IMG/VR virus record: IMGVR_UViG_2681813261_000028
Reading direction: 5' to 3' (one strand)
DNA from: a virus
Lineage: Duplodnaviria; Heunggongvirae; Uroviricota; Caudoviricetes
Length of the DNA: 9,554 nt
In this document: one piece after another, positions 1 to 7,181 of the stretch
How the letters are laid out: each line of letters opens with the position of its first letter
How positions within the stretch are numbered: position 1 is the stretch's first letter
Notes under the pieces: generated by a model
The model's input: the letters and a program-made list of their open reading frames with translations, nothing else
Told to the model about the DNA's origin: nothing
Database searches by the model: none
Made by a program: the position numbers and the translations under genes

Positions 1-981
1 TTATAACGTCACTCCGCCTTTTAGTGGATTCAGAGCGACGGCATTTTGCAGATAGTCAGGCGCAAGGTGCGCATAGGCCATCGTCTGCTGAATGCTCGCA
101 TGTCCCAGAATCTGTTGCAGTGCGATTATATTGCCCCCATTCATCATGAAATGGCTTGCGAATGTATGCCGCAGGATGTGGGTTGCCTGATTGGGTGGTA
201 TATCAGGTTTCACTCTGCGTAAAATCCCGCAAAATTTCTCATAATCAACTTTGAATAATTTGGCGCTGGCCTCCTCTTTAACTTTTTTCTCCAGTTCCTC
301 AGAAATCGGCACGGTTCGCTTTTTACCGTTTTTGGTTTTCAGGAAGGTAACCCTGCAATTTGTAATCTGTGCTGGTTTTAGCGTGGCAACTTCCGTCCAT
401 CTTCCTCCAGTGCTCAGACATAAAAGCGCGACAAGTAAGTCATCACCAGCCAAAACATTTAACAGTTTTTCGATTTCTGCTTTTTCCAGGAACGTCATTT
501 CAGGGTTGGCCTCCGCCAGTGGCGGCAGTCCGTGAATTGGGTGTTGCCCGGAAAATTCATCCAATTGAATTAATTTTGTGAACATGCCGGATAATCTGTA
601 CATGTCACGGTTTATCGTTGCGGCACTGATACCATCACGTAGTCGCATGGAACGATAATCCATCAAAGCCCTTTTGCTCATCCTGCTCACTGGTATATCA
701 CCTATGCCGCTGATGGTTTTGAGTAGATGATTAAACTCTTTTGTTCCATGCTCGTGGTTTTGCCCGTGATATTTCCACCAGATGTCCAGCAACTCACTCA
801 AAGTCCGGCGGTCTGCTCGCTGGCCTCCCCATTCTTTCTGACTGGCATTGGCGATTGTGTATCGCTCAAATGCTAGTGCTTCAGCTTTTCTTTCGAATTT
901 CCTGCGGATGCGTTTTCCGTCGCGACCGCGAGGTCTAATGTCCACTTCATAGCGACCATCATCGAGCTTCTTAATTGCCAT
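1..981 (-). CDS. int: Tyrosine-type site-specific integrase (P2 Int-like)
   Basis: Minus-strand open frame ending at stop TAA (complement of 1..3). C-terminal catalytic region typical of tyrosine recombinases is visible (HILRHTFASHFMMNGG, ILGH, TMAYAHL). N-terminus MAIKKLDDGRYEV resembles P2/186-type integrases as recalled. ATG at 979..981 has GGAGGG 7 nt upstream; the ORF-track start at 1009..1011 (336 aa) has no Shine-Dalgarno, so 981 is preferred (326 aa). Confidence 0.9.
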   Translation of the reverse strand: MAIKKLDDGRYEVDIRPRGRDGKRIRRKFERKAEALAFERYTIANASQKEWGGQRADRRTLSELLDIWWKYHGQNHEHGTKEFNHLLKTISGIGDIPVSRMSKRALMDYRSMRLRDGISAATINRDMYRLSGMFTKLIQLDEFSGQHPIHGLPPLAEANPEMTFLEKAEIEKLLNVLAGDDLLVALLCLSTGGRWTEVATLKPAQITNCRVTFLKTKNGKKRTVPISEELEKKVKEEASAKLFKVDYEKFCGILRRVKPDIPPNQATHILRHTFASHFMMNGGNIIALQQILGHASIQQTMAYAHLAPDYLQNAVALNPLKGGVTL

Positions 982-1050
982 AAGAAAGCCCTCCGGCGCT
1001 GTATTCACCATCTTGGTAGCAAATGGTGAAAATGTAATCTTTATATAGAG

Positions 1051-1344
1051 TTAGCCAATCCTTTTCGCGGAGTGGTTGGACTCTGTTGACTCTGGCCCAA
1101 TGTGCGCGAGAGCCGGTGCGATTTGTCCTGCGTCCGGCGCGGTTTTATCTGTCATAAGCCATAGAGCATATTTTTGGAATGTGGGATGCATAGTGATTTT
1201 TAGCAAAGCTGTGCCACCGGGTTCAAAGTTTCCTCCTTCATATTTTTTAAGTGTGCTTAGCGGTAACTCTATGATTTCACAGAATTTTGATTGGCTTAGC
1301 CCTTCAGCCTCACGCAAGGCCTTAATCTTTTCGCTTAATTTCAT
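1051..1344 (-). CDS. C: Immunity repressor, small helix-turn-helix protein (P2 C-like)
   Basis: 97 aa minus-strand ORF, ATG at 1342..1344, stop TAA at 1051..1053. It lies directly upstream of int in the same orientation and divergent from the cox-like gene, as for C in P2. N-terminal HTH-like segment (SEKIKALREAEGLSQSKFCEI) and the segment LWLMTDKTAPDAGQIAPALAH resemble P2-family C repressors as recalled. No search run. Confidence 0.7.
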   Translation of the reverse strand: MKLSEKIKALREAEGLSQSKFCEIIELPLSTLKKYEGGNFEPGGTALLKITMHPTFQKYALWLMTDKTAPDAGQIAPALAHIGPESTESNHSAKRIG

Positions 1345-1465
1345 TTGACATGGTGCCTATATAGGGACTAAATTCCCTCAAAACTGGAACCTATATAGGT
1401 TCCATTGATTTGAGAATAAACCAGCGTCTAAACGGTTTTGAGTGGTTTAGAAAGGGCTGGATCCT
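1345..1465. promoter_or_regulatory. Divergent immunity switch region with palindromic putative operators
   Basis: 121 bp between divergent C and cox-like genes. Consensus -35 TTGACA at 1345..1350 with a weak -10 candidate TAAATT at 1369..1374 (18 bp spacer), oriented rightward. Palindromic 10-mer CCTATATAGG occurs twice (1356..1365 and 1390..1399); the second sits in a perfect 18-bp palindrome GGAACCTATATAGGTTCC (1386..1403). A further dyad AGGGA-CTAAAT-TCCCT lies at 1363..1378. Exact promoter and operator assignment is inference. Confidence 0.5.
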
Positions 1466-1753
1466 ATGAGGGTACCATATATGGACGCTGAAAATTATGT
1501 GATTCAGTATCCGCTTGATGCGGTTCATGTGGATAAATTTGCTGATTTATTAGGGAAGCCAAAGACAGCCGTCAGTGAAATGGTGAAGGCAAATAAATTA
1601 CCAATTATTGAATTGCGTGATCCTTGCAAACCGAAGGCTCGTGCCGGTGAAAAATGGGTTTTCATTCCTGAGTTTAATCGCGCTGTACGTGAGGCGTTTT
1701 ATAACCGACCGGTTGAACAGCGTGATGCATGGCTTTTGTGGATGGGGTTGTGA
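1466..1753 (+). CDS. cox: Cox-like excisionase/transcriptional regulator
   Basis: 95 aa plus-strand ORF, first gene of the rightward operon, divergent from C as in P2. Small size and C-terminal ...WLLWMGL resemble P2 Cox as recalled. Start is ambiguous: ATG 1466 (AAAGGG upstream) or ATG 1481 (GAGGG 8 nt upstream). Stop TGA at 1751..1753. Confidence 0.65.
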   Translation: MRVPYMDAENYVIQYPLDAVHVDKFADLLGKPKTAVSEMVKANKLPIIELRDPCKPKARAGEKWVFIPEFNRAVREAFYNRPVEQRDAWLLWMGL

Positions 1754-1755
1754 TT

Positions 1756-1926
1756 ATGAATGAGCCGCGTTGTATTGCTCAGTTATTGCGTAACGAAAGC
1801 CCTAGGGCGATTGACTTCACCATCACCCACGGGAAGGGTCGCAAGGGAATCATTATCCGCACCAAAAAACAGAGTCCGTTAAAAAAGGCTCTGACCTTTC
1901 TGAAAAGCCGGAGGGTCTGGAAATGA
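1756..1926 (+). CDS. Small basic hypothetical protein (position of P2 orf78)
   Basis: 56 aa from ATG 1756, 2 nt after the cox stop. Its stop TGA (1924..1926) overlaps the ATG of the next gene (ATGA at 1923..1926), suggesting translational coupling. The ORF track offers an alternative start at 1729 (65 aa). No recognisable motif. Confidence 0.4.
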   Translation: MNEPRCIAQLLRNESPRAIDFTITHGKGRKGIIIRTKKQSPLKKALTFLKSRRVWK

Positions 1927-2423
1927 CAGTGATGACGCTCAATCTCGTCGAAAAACAGCCAGCAGCTATGCGCCGGATAATTGGTAAGCATCTTGCCGTC
2001 CCTCGTTGGCAGGATACATGTGATTATTATAATCAGATGATGGAGCGCGAACGGCTAACAGTTTGCTTTCATGCGCAGTTAAAACAACGTCACGCAACGA
2101 TGCGTTTTGAAGAAATGAACGACGTCGAACGTGAACGGCTGGTTTGTGCAATTGATGAATTGCGTGGGGCATTCTCAAAACGCCGTCAGGTTGGCGCAAG
2201 TGAGTATGCATATATTAGTTTTTTAACAGTCAGTCAGCGTCGTACTTTATTTATGCATGCCGGATTGACTGAAAAAGAATTCAATCAGCCATACTGGCGA
2301 ATTAATGAAGAGTCATGTTACTGGCGTGATGCTTTATTCCGTGCATTACGTGAACTATTCAGTCTGTTTGAGTATGCACCGACAATTCTGACGTCGGTAA
2401 AACCAGAGCAATATTTGCATTAA
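1923..2423 (+). CDS. B: Replication protein B-like (P2 gpB family)
   Basis: 166 aa ORF, ATG 1923, stop TAA 2421..2423. Position between cox and A and the length match P2 gene B as recalled. No catalytic motif identifiable by eye; the call rests on synteny and size. Confidence 0.7.
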   Translation: MTVMTLNLVEKQPAAMRRIIGKHLAVPRWQDTCDYYNQMMERERLTVCFHAQLKQRHATMRFEEMNDVERERLVCAIDELRGAFSKRRQVGASEYAYISFLTVSQRRTLFMHAGLTEKEFNQPYWRINEESCYWRDALFRALRELFSLFEYAPTILTSVKPEQYLH

Positions 2424-2486
2424 ATAATTAACCAGAGTTTTTAACGCACTTAATTGTGCGGGGCTTCTTTTTGCCTGGAGAAAGTC

Positions 2487-2711
2487 ATGCATACAGTTTC
2501 TGAAAATCAGTGCGGTAAATACGCATTACTGCTGCAACAGGCCAGAACCGAAGCACAGGCCGACGCTGCGACGCGCTTTTCTTCTCATCTTGACGCCATG
2601 ATTCGCCATATCACAAAGGCGGAGTTATCCCGCGTGGAGATAGTCGAGCTGCTCAGTCAGGAGTCGGAAAAATTTCACAATATCGGATTGTCTCGCGGGG
2701 AGGTGCTTTGA
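2487..2711 (+). CDS. Hypothetical early-operon protein (position of P2 orf80)
   Basis: 74 aa from ATG 2487, with GGAG at 2477..2480 (6 nt spacer). The ORF-track start at 2454 is TTG with no Shine-Dalgarno. Stop TGA at 2709..2711 overlaps the next ATG (TGATG). Confidence 0.5.
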   Translation: MHTVSENQCGKYALLLQQARTEAQADAATRFSSHLDAMIRHITKAELSRVEIVELLSQESEKFHNIGLSRGEVL

Positions 2712-3010
2712 TGTCCTGTTCTCATTCAGTTGTATTACTGAATAACGCCTTAAAAATCGCCGTTATGAAAAATGGCGACTTGTCTCTTATTCAACTTTGT
2801 CTTGATAAAGAAAAACGCGACATCACTGAATCTGTTATCGCGATTTATCAGAATGAATTAAACCTCCTGTCTGATGTGGTCAATTTACTTGTTAAACGCG
2901 CTGTATTCCACAAGCAAATTTCCTCAGTGGATGAACTGACAAAATTAACGACAGAACTTGCCAGTTATTGCGCTGATGTATCCAGGAAACTTAACGATAA
3001 AAGGAGCTGA
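2711..3010 (+). CDS. Hypothetical early-operon protein (position of P2 orf81)
   Basis: 99 aa from ATG 2711..2713, overlapping the upstream stop. Stop TGA at 3008..3010. No recognisable domain by eye. Confidence 0.5.
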   Translation: MSCSHSVVLLNNALKIAVMKNGDLSLIQLCLDKEKRDITESVIAIYQNELNLLSDVVNLLVKRAVFHKQISSVDELTKLTTELASYCADVSRKLNDKRS

Positions 3011-3012
3011 TA

Positions 3013-3237
3013 ATGCCGGACAACATAGATTTTATTCAGGAACAACAGGCTGAATTACTGGAGCGCCAGATTAACGCGGCAAGGGTAAAACATTGCGGTG
3101 CTTCTGCGCTGGTTTGCGAAGAGTGTGACGCGCCAATTCCTGCTGCCCGTCGTGCGGCTTATCCGTCAGCCACGCGTTGTGTTTCCTGTCAGTCAGTCTT
3201 TGAAGCAAAAAACAAACATTACCGGAGAACGGCATGA
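3013..3237 (+). CDS. TraR/DksA-family C4 zinc-finger protein
   Basis: 74 aa. AAGGAG at 3001..3006, 6 nt before ATG 3013. Four cysteines in CxxC-(17)-CxxC arrangement (CEECDAPIPAARRAAYPSATRCVSC), typical of the DksA/TraR zinc finger. Its stop overlaps the next start (ATGA at 3234..3237). Confidence 0.75.
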   Translation: MPDNIDFIQEQQAELLERQINAARVKHCGASALVCEECDAPIPAARRAAYPSATRCVSCQSVFEAKNKHYRRTA

Positions 3238-3509
3238 GTATTCGTATTGAAATTGGCGAACGTTATGTCGTTACCAGTGACAGCTTCCAGTTTATTCTCC
3301 ACGAGAAAAAGAGAGCGGAAAGCGGTAAAAACGCCGGTCAGGAATGGCTGGCGGTGGTTGGTTATTACCCGAAATTAAGCCAGCTCGTTTCCGGCCTGAT
3401 GCATCACGATATTCTGACCGGAAGCGCAAAGTCTTTTGCTGATTTAAACGCGCAGGTTGAGCAACTCAGCAAGCGTTGTTCAGAGGCTTTTGGCTCATAT
3501 GGCCGTTAA
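3234..3509 (+). CDS. Hypothetical early-operon protein (position of P2 orf83)
   Basis: 91 aa, ATG 3234 with GGAG at 3224..3227. Stop TAA at 3507..3509, overlapping the start of gene A by 11 nt. Confidence 0.5.
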   Translation: MSIRIEIGERYVVTSDSFQFILHEKKRAESGKNAGQEWLAVVGYYPKLSQLVSGLMHHDILTGSAKSFADLNAQVEQLSKRCSEAFGSYGR

Positions 3510-5796
3510 AGCCTCCGGGCGTTTTGTCCCTCCGTCAGCATTTGCTGCAGGCACCGGTAAGGCGTTTACCGGTGCTTATGCATGGAACGCGCCACGCGAG
3601 GCTGTCGGGCGCGAAAGACCCCTTACACGTGACGAGATGCGTCAGGTGCAAGGTGTTTTATCCACGATTAACCGCCTGCCTTACTTTTTGCGCTCGCTGT
3701 TTACGTCACGCTATGACTACATCCGGCGCAATAAAAGCCCGGTGCACGGGTTTTATTTCCTCACATCCACTTTTCAGCGTCGTTTATGGCCGCGCATTGA
3801 GCGTGTGAATCAGCGCCATGAAATGAACACCGACGCGTCGATGCTGTTTCTGGCTGAGCGTGACCACTATGCGCGCCTGCCGGGAATGAATGACAAGGAG
3901 CTGAAAAAGTTTGCCGCCCGTATCTCATCGCAGCTTTTCATGATGTATGAGGAACTCAGCGATGCCTGGGTGGATGCGCATGGCGAAAAAGAATCGCTGT
4001 TTACGGATGAGGCGCAGGCTCACCTCTATGGTCATGTTGCTGGCGCTGCACGTGCTTTCAATATTTCCCCTCTCTACTGGAAAAAATACCGTAAAGGACA
4101 GATGACCACGAGGCAGGCATATTCTGCCATTGCCCGTCTGTTTAACGATGAGTGGTGGATTAGTCAGCTTAAAGGCCAGCGTATGCGCTGGCATGAGGCG
4201 TTACTGATTGCTGTCGGGGAGGTCAATAAAGACCGTTCTCCTTATGCCAGTAAACATGCCATTCGTGATGTGCGTGCACGCCGCCAGGCAAATCTGGAAT
4301 TTCTTAAATCGTGTGATCTCGAAAACAGGGAAACAGGCGAGCGCATCGACCTTATCAGTAAGGTGATGGGCAGTATTTCTAATCCTGAAATTCGCCGGAT
4401 GGAGCTGATGAACACCATTGCCGGTATTGAGCGTTACGCCGCCGCAGAAGGTGATGTGGGGATGTTTATCACGCTGACCGCGCCGTCAAAGTATCACCCG
4501 ACACGTCAGGTTGGAAAAGGCGAAAGTAAAACCGTCCAGCTAAATCACGGCTGGAACGATGAGGCATTTAATCCAAAGGATGCGCAGCGTTATCTCTGCC
4601 GTATCTGGAGCCTGATGCGCACGGCATTCAAGGATAATGATTTACAGGTCTACGGTTTGCGAGTCGTCGAGCCACACCACGACGGAACGCCGCACTGGCA
4701 TATGATGCTTTTTTGTAATCCACGCCAGCGTAACCAGATTATCGAAATCATGCGTCGCTACGCGCTCAAAGAGGATGGCGACGAAAGAGGAGCTGCGCGA
4801 AACCGTTTTCAGGCAAAACATCTTAATCGGGGCGGTGCTGCGGGGTATATCGCGAAATACATCTCAAAAAATATCGACGGCTATGCACTGGATGGGCAGC
4901 TCGATAACGATAGCGGCAGACCGCTGAAAGATACTGCCGCGGCTGTTACCGCATGGGCGTCAACGTGGCGCATTCCGCAATTTAAAACGGTTGGCCTGCC
5001 GACAATGGGGGCTTACCGTGAACTACGCAAATTGCCTCGCGGCGTCAGCATTGCTGATGAGTTTGACGAGCGCGTCGAGGCTGCACGCGCCGCCGCAGAC
5101 AGTGGTGATTTTGCGCTGTATATCAGCGCGCAGGGTGGGGCAAATGTCCCGCGCGATTGTCAGACTGTCAGGGTCGCCCGTAGTCCGTCGGATGAAGTTA
5201 ACGAGTACGAGGAAGAAGTCGAGAGAGTGGTCGGCATTTACGCGCCGCATCTCGGCGCGCGTCATATTCATATCACCAGAACGACGGACTGGCGCATTGT
5301 TCCGAAAGTGCCGGTCGTTGAGCCTTTGACTTTAAAAAGCGGCATCGCCGCGCCTCGGAGTCCTGTCAATAACTGTGGAAAGCTCACTGGTGGTGATACT
5401 TCGTTACCGGCTCCCACACCTTCTGAGCACGCCGCAGCAGTGCTTAATCTGGTAGATGACGGTGTTATCGAATGGAATGACCCGGAGGTTGTGAGGGCGC
5501 TCAGAGGTGCATTAAAACACGGACTGAGAAGACCAAACCGTCAGCAAAGAAACGGAAGCCCGTTAAAACCGCATGAAATAGCGCCATCGGCCAGACTGAC
5601 CCGGTCGGAACGAATGCAAATTACCCGTATCCGCGTTGACCTTGCTCAGAACGGTATCAGGCCGCAGCGATGGGAGCTTGAGGTGCTGGCGCGTGGGGCA
5701 ACCGTAAATTATGACGGGAAAAAATTCACTTACCCGCTCGCTGATGAGTGGTCGGGATTCTCAACAGTATTAGAGTCAAACTCAGTGAAGCGTTAA
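3499..5796 (+). CDS. A: Rolling-circle replication initiator / replication endonuclease (P2 gpA family, HUH superfamily)
   Basis: Long ORF, stop TAA 5794..5796. HUH metal-binding motif HWHMML at 4693..4710 and tandem-tyrosine motif YIAKY at 4846..4860, the two signatures of phiX174/P2-type initiators. ATG 3499 is preferred (765 aa) over the ORF-track TTG at 3457 (779 aa); the N-terminus then reads MAVKASGRFVPP. Confidence 0.9.
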   Translation: MAVKASGRFVPPSAFAAGTGKAFTGAYAWNAPREAVGRERPLTRDEMRQVQGVLSTINRLPYFLRSLFTSRYDYIRRNKSPVHGFYFLTSTFQRRLWPRIERVNQRHEMNTDASMLFLAERDHYARLPGMNDKELKKFAARISSQLFMMYEELSDAWVDAHGEKESLFTDEAQAHLYGHVAGAARAFNISPLYWKKYRKGQMTTRQAYSAIARLFNDEWWISQLKGQRMRWHEALLIAVGEVNKDRSPYASKHAIRDVRARRQANLEFLKSCDLENRETGERIDLISKVMGSISNPEIRRMELMNTIAGIERYAAAEGDVGMFITLTAPSKYHPTRQVGKGESKTVQLNHGWNDEAFNPKDAQRYLCRIWSLMRTAFKDNDLQVYGLRVVEPHHDGTPHWHMMLFCNPRQRNQIIEIMRRYALKEDGDERGAARNRFQAKHLNRGGAAGYIAKYISKNIDGYALDGQLDNDSGRPLKDTAAAVTAWASTWRIPQFKTVGLPTMGAYRELRKLPRGVSIADEFDERVEAARAAADSGDFALYISAQGGANVPRDCQTVRVARSPSDEVNEYEEEVERVVGIYAPHLGARHIHITRTTDWRIVPKVPVVEPLTLKSGIAAPRSPVNNCGKLTGGDTSLPAPTPSEHAAAVLNLVDDGVIEWNDPEVVRALRGALKHGLRRPNRQQRNGSPLKPHEIAPSARLTRSERMQITRIRVDLAQNGIRPQRWELEVLARGATVNYDGKKFTYPLADEWSGFSTVLESNSVKR

Positions 5797-5882
5797 CTCA
5801 ATAAATATGAGTTTATAAGTTAGGCCTCGAGATTTTGTAGAAAGGGATGTATACTGAGTATCGTATAGATTTGGAGTGAGTG

Positions 5883-6905
5883 ATGACTGTAAAGGTGATA
5901 GACCTTTTTTGTGGTGCTGGCGGATTAACTCATGGTTTGCAGCTTGCGGGGCTTGATGTCGTTGCAGGCATTGACCTTGAGGGGGAATGTAGGTTTCCCT
6001 ATGAAAGAAACAATAAATCTAAGTTTATTGAGCAAGATATCGCTAAAGTAACAAAAGAGGAACTGCTGAGGCTTTATGGTGATGCGTCTGTAAAAGTATT
6101 GGCAGGATGCGCACCTTGCCAACCTTTTTCAAAATATACTCAAGGAAAAGATAAGGCTGATGATAAAAAATGGCCTCTTCTTTATGAGTTCGAACGTTTA
6201 ATTCGCGAAGTATCTCCAGAAATCGTAACAATGGAGAACGTTCCTGATGTAACTAAACATAAAGTTTATAATGATTTTTATAATTCATTGTTAAAGTTGG
6301 GCTATTATGTTTGGGCGTCTAAGATTGATTGTGTCGAATATGGAATCCCACAAAACCGTTCCCGTCATGTATTGTTGGCCTCAAAATTGGGGGCGATTGA
6401 GTTAGTAAAACGTGACGATGTTATTTTGAAAACAGTTAGAGATGCAATAGGAAATCTTCCTCCATTAGAAGATGGCCAAACAGATCCAAATGATATATTA
6501 CATAGAGCCAGTAAATTAAATCCGATTAATAAAAAAAGAATTATACACTCTGTTCCTGGTGGTACATGGAAGGACTGGCCGAAAGAGTTGGTTGCCGCTT
6601 GTCATATGAAATCCAGCGGTAAAGGGTATGCTAGTGTATATGGGCGCATGTCTTGGGATAAGCCAAGTCCAACAATTACAACTCTTTGTTATGGTTTCGG
6701 GAATGGGCGTTTTGGACATCCAGAACAGCATAGAGCGATTTCTCTTAGAGAGGCTGCTTTATTGCAAACTTTCCCGATGGATTATATTTTTGTAGAAGAC
6801 AAAAACAAGTTTGTTATAAGAAGTATTGGGAAAATGATAGGTAATGCTGTTCCTGTGGAACTAGGAAAAGCAATTGGGCAATCAATCAAGAACCATTTAG
6901 AATGA
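5883..6905 (+). CDS. DNA (cytosine-5)-methyltransferase
   Basis: 340 aa from ATG 5883 (GGAG at 5873..5876); the ORF-track start 5880 is GTG. Canonical C5-MTase motifs are in order: motif I DLFCGAGG, motif IV catalytic GCAPCQPFS, motif VI TMENVPDV, motif VIII QNRSRHVLLA, motif X GNAVPVELG. The variable region between VIII and X is short, suggesting a short recognition site. Stop TGA at 6903..6905. Confidence 0.9.
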   Translation: MTVKVIDLFCGAGGLTHGLQLAGLDVVAGIDLEGECRFPYERNNKSKFIEQDIAKVTKEELLRLYGDASVKVLAGCAPCQPFSKYTQGKDKADDKKWPLLYEFERLIREVSPEIVTMENVPDVTKHKVYNDFYNSLLKLGYYVWASKIDCVEYGIPQNRSRHVLLASKLGAIELVKRDDVILKTVRDAIGNLPPLEDGQTDPNDILHRASKLNPINKKRIIHSVPGGTWKDWPKELVAACHMKSSGKGYASVYGRMSWDKPSPTITTLCYGFGNGRFGHPEQHRAISLREAALLQTFPMDYIFVEDKNKFVIRSIGKMIGNAVPVELGKAIGQSIKNHLE

Positions 6906-6909
6906 TAAA

Positions 6910-6930
6910 ATGGCCTGCTTTACAGGCCTT
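6910..6930. terminator. Putative bidirectional intrinsic terminator between convergent genes
   Basis: Perfect 6-bp stem GGCCTG (6912..6917) / CAGGCC (6923..6928) with 5-nt loop CTTTA. It sits in the 29-bp gap between the MTase stop (6905) and the minus-strand gene stop (6935), with A/T-rich flanks on both sides. The stem is short, so strength is uncertain. Confidence 0.45.
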
Positions 6931-6934
6931 ATAA

Positions 6935-7181
6935 CTATTGTTCTAAATATTCATTATTATTTATATAGTGCTCTATATTATTCACGATAGCATCAAGATA
7001 GGCGATTACTTCTAATGAAATATTCTCTAAGTCCTGATATGAAACATTTTTTCCAATCTCAGCAAATGATACATTGCCATGAGATAAATCATTACGATGT
7101 TGTTTAACAGTGGCTAATTTTTCACCATGTTTAGTGTGAGTGTAATCGGAATGTGTAGAAAAACCATATATTTTCGATTTT
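6935..7181 (-). CDS. C-terminal segment of a HEPN-like protein (Rx4H motif); start lost in N-run
   Basis: Minus-strand frame open from the N-run (7182) to stop TAG (complement of 6935..6937), 82 codons. Contains ...VKQHRNDLSHGNVSF... with R at 7094..7096 and H at 7079..7081, matching the HEPN RNase motif R-x4-H. This frame differs from the upstream segment 7215..7652, so both are probably one gene whose frame is hidden by the gap. Confidence 0.5.

Noticed and set aside
251-938. Plus-strand ORFs (251..535, 369..581, 741..938) antisense to the integrase gene
   Set aside because: They lie wholly inside the well-supported int frame on the opposite strand, have no ribosome-binding sites and give low-complexity translations. 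Treated as chance ORFs.
1076-1348. Plus-strand 90-aa ORF antisense to the C-like repressor gene
   Set aside because: Overlaps the repressor on the opposite strand, has no domain signature and ends inside the switch region.
1779-2211. Minus-strand ORFs 1779..1991 and 1966..2211 inside the small ORF and B region
   Set aside because: Antisense to a tightly coupled plus-strand operon, with no motifs or start context.
2444-2472. Hairpin ACGCAC-TTAATT-GTGCG followed by a T-rich run between B and the next ORF
   Set aside because: The stem is only 5 bp and the T-run is separated from it by several G/C. It could be a weak attenuator, but the evidence is too thin to call a terminator.
3476-5329. Alternative-frame and antisense ORFs inside gene A (3476..3808, 3925..4194, 4991..5329, 5023..5271)
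   Set aside because: All are embedded in the gene A frame, which carries the HUH and tyrosine motifs. They show arginine- and serine-rich translations typical of off-frame reading of GC-rich coding DNA.
5797-5882. Possible promoter for the methyltransferase (TTGTAG 5835..5840, TATACT 5850..5855, TATAGA 5864..5869)
   Set aside because: No pair of hexamers has a 16 to 18 bp spacer. The MTase may instead be expressed by read-through from gene A.
5925-6731. Minus-strand ORFs 5925..6122, 6043..6231 and 6516..6731 inside the MTase gene
   Set aside because: Antisense to a gene with a complete motif set; AT-rich sequence gives chance open frames.
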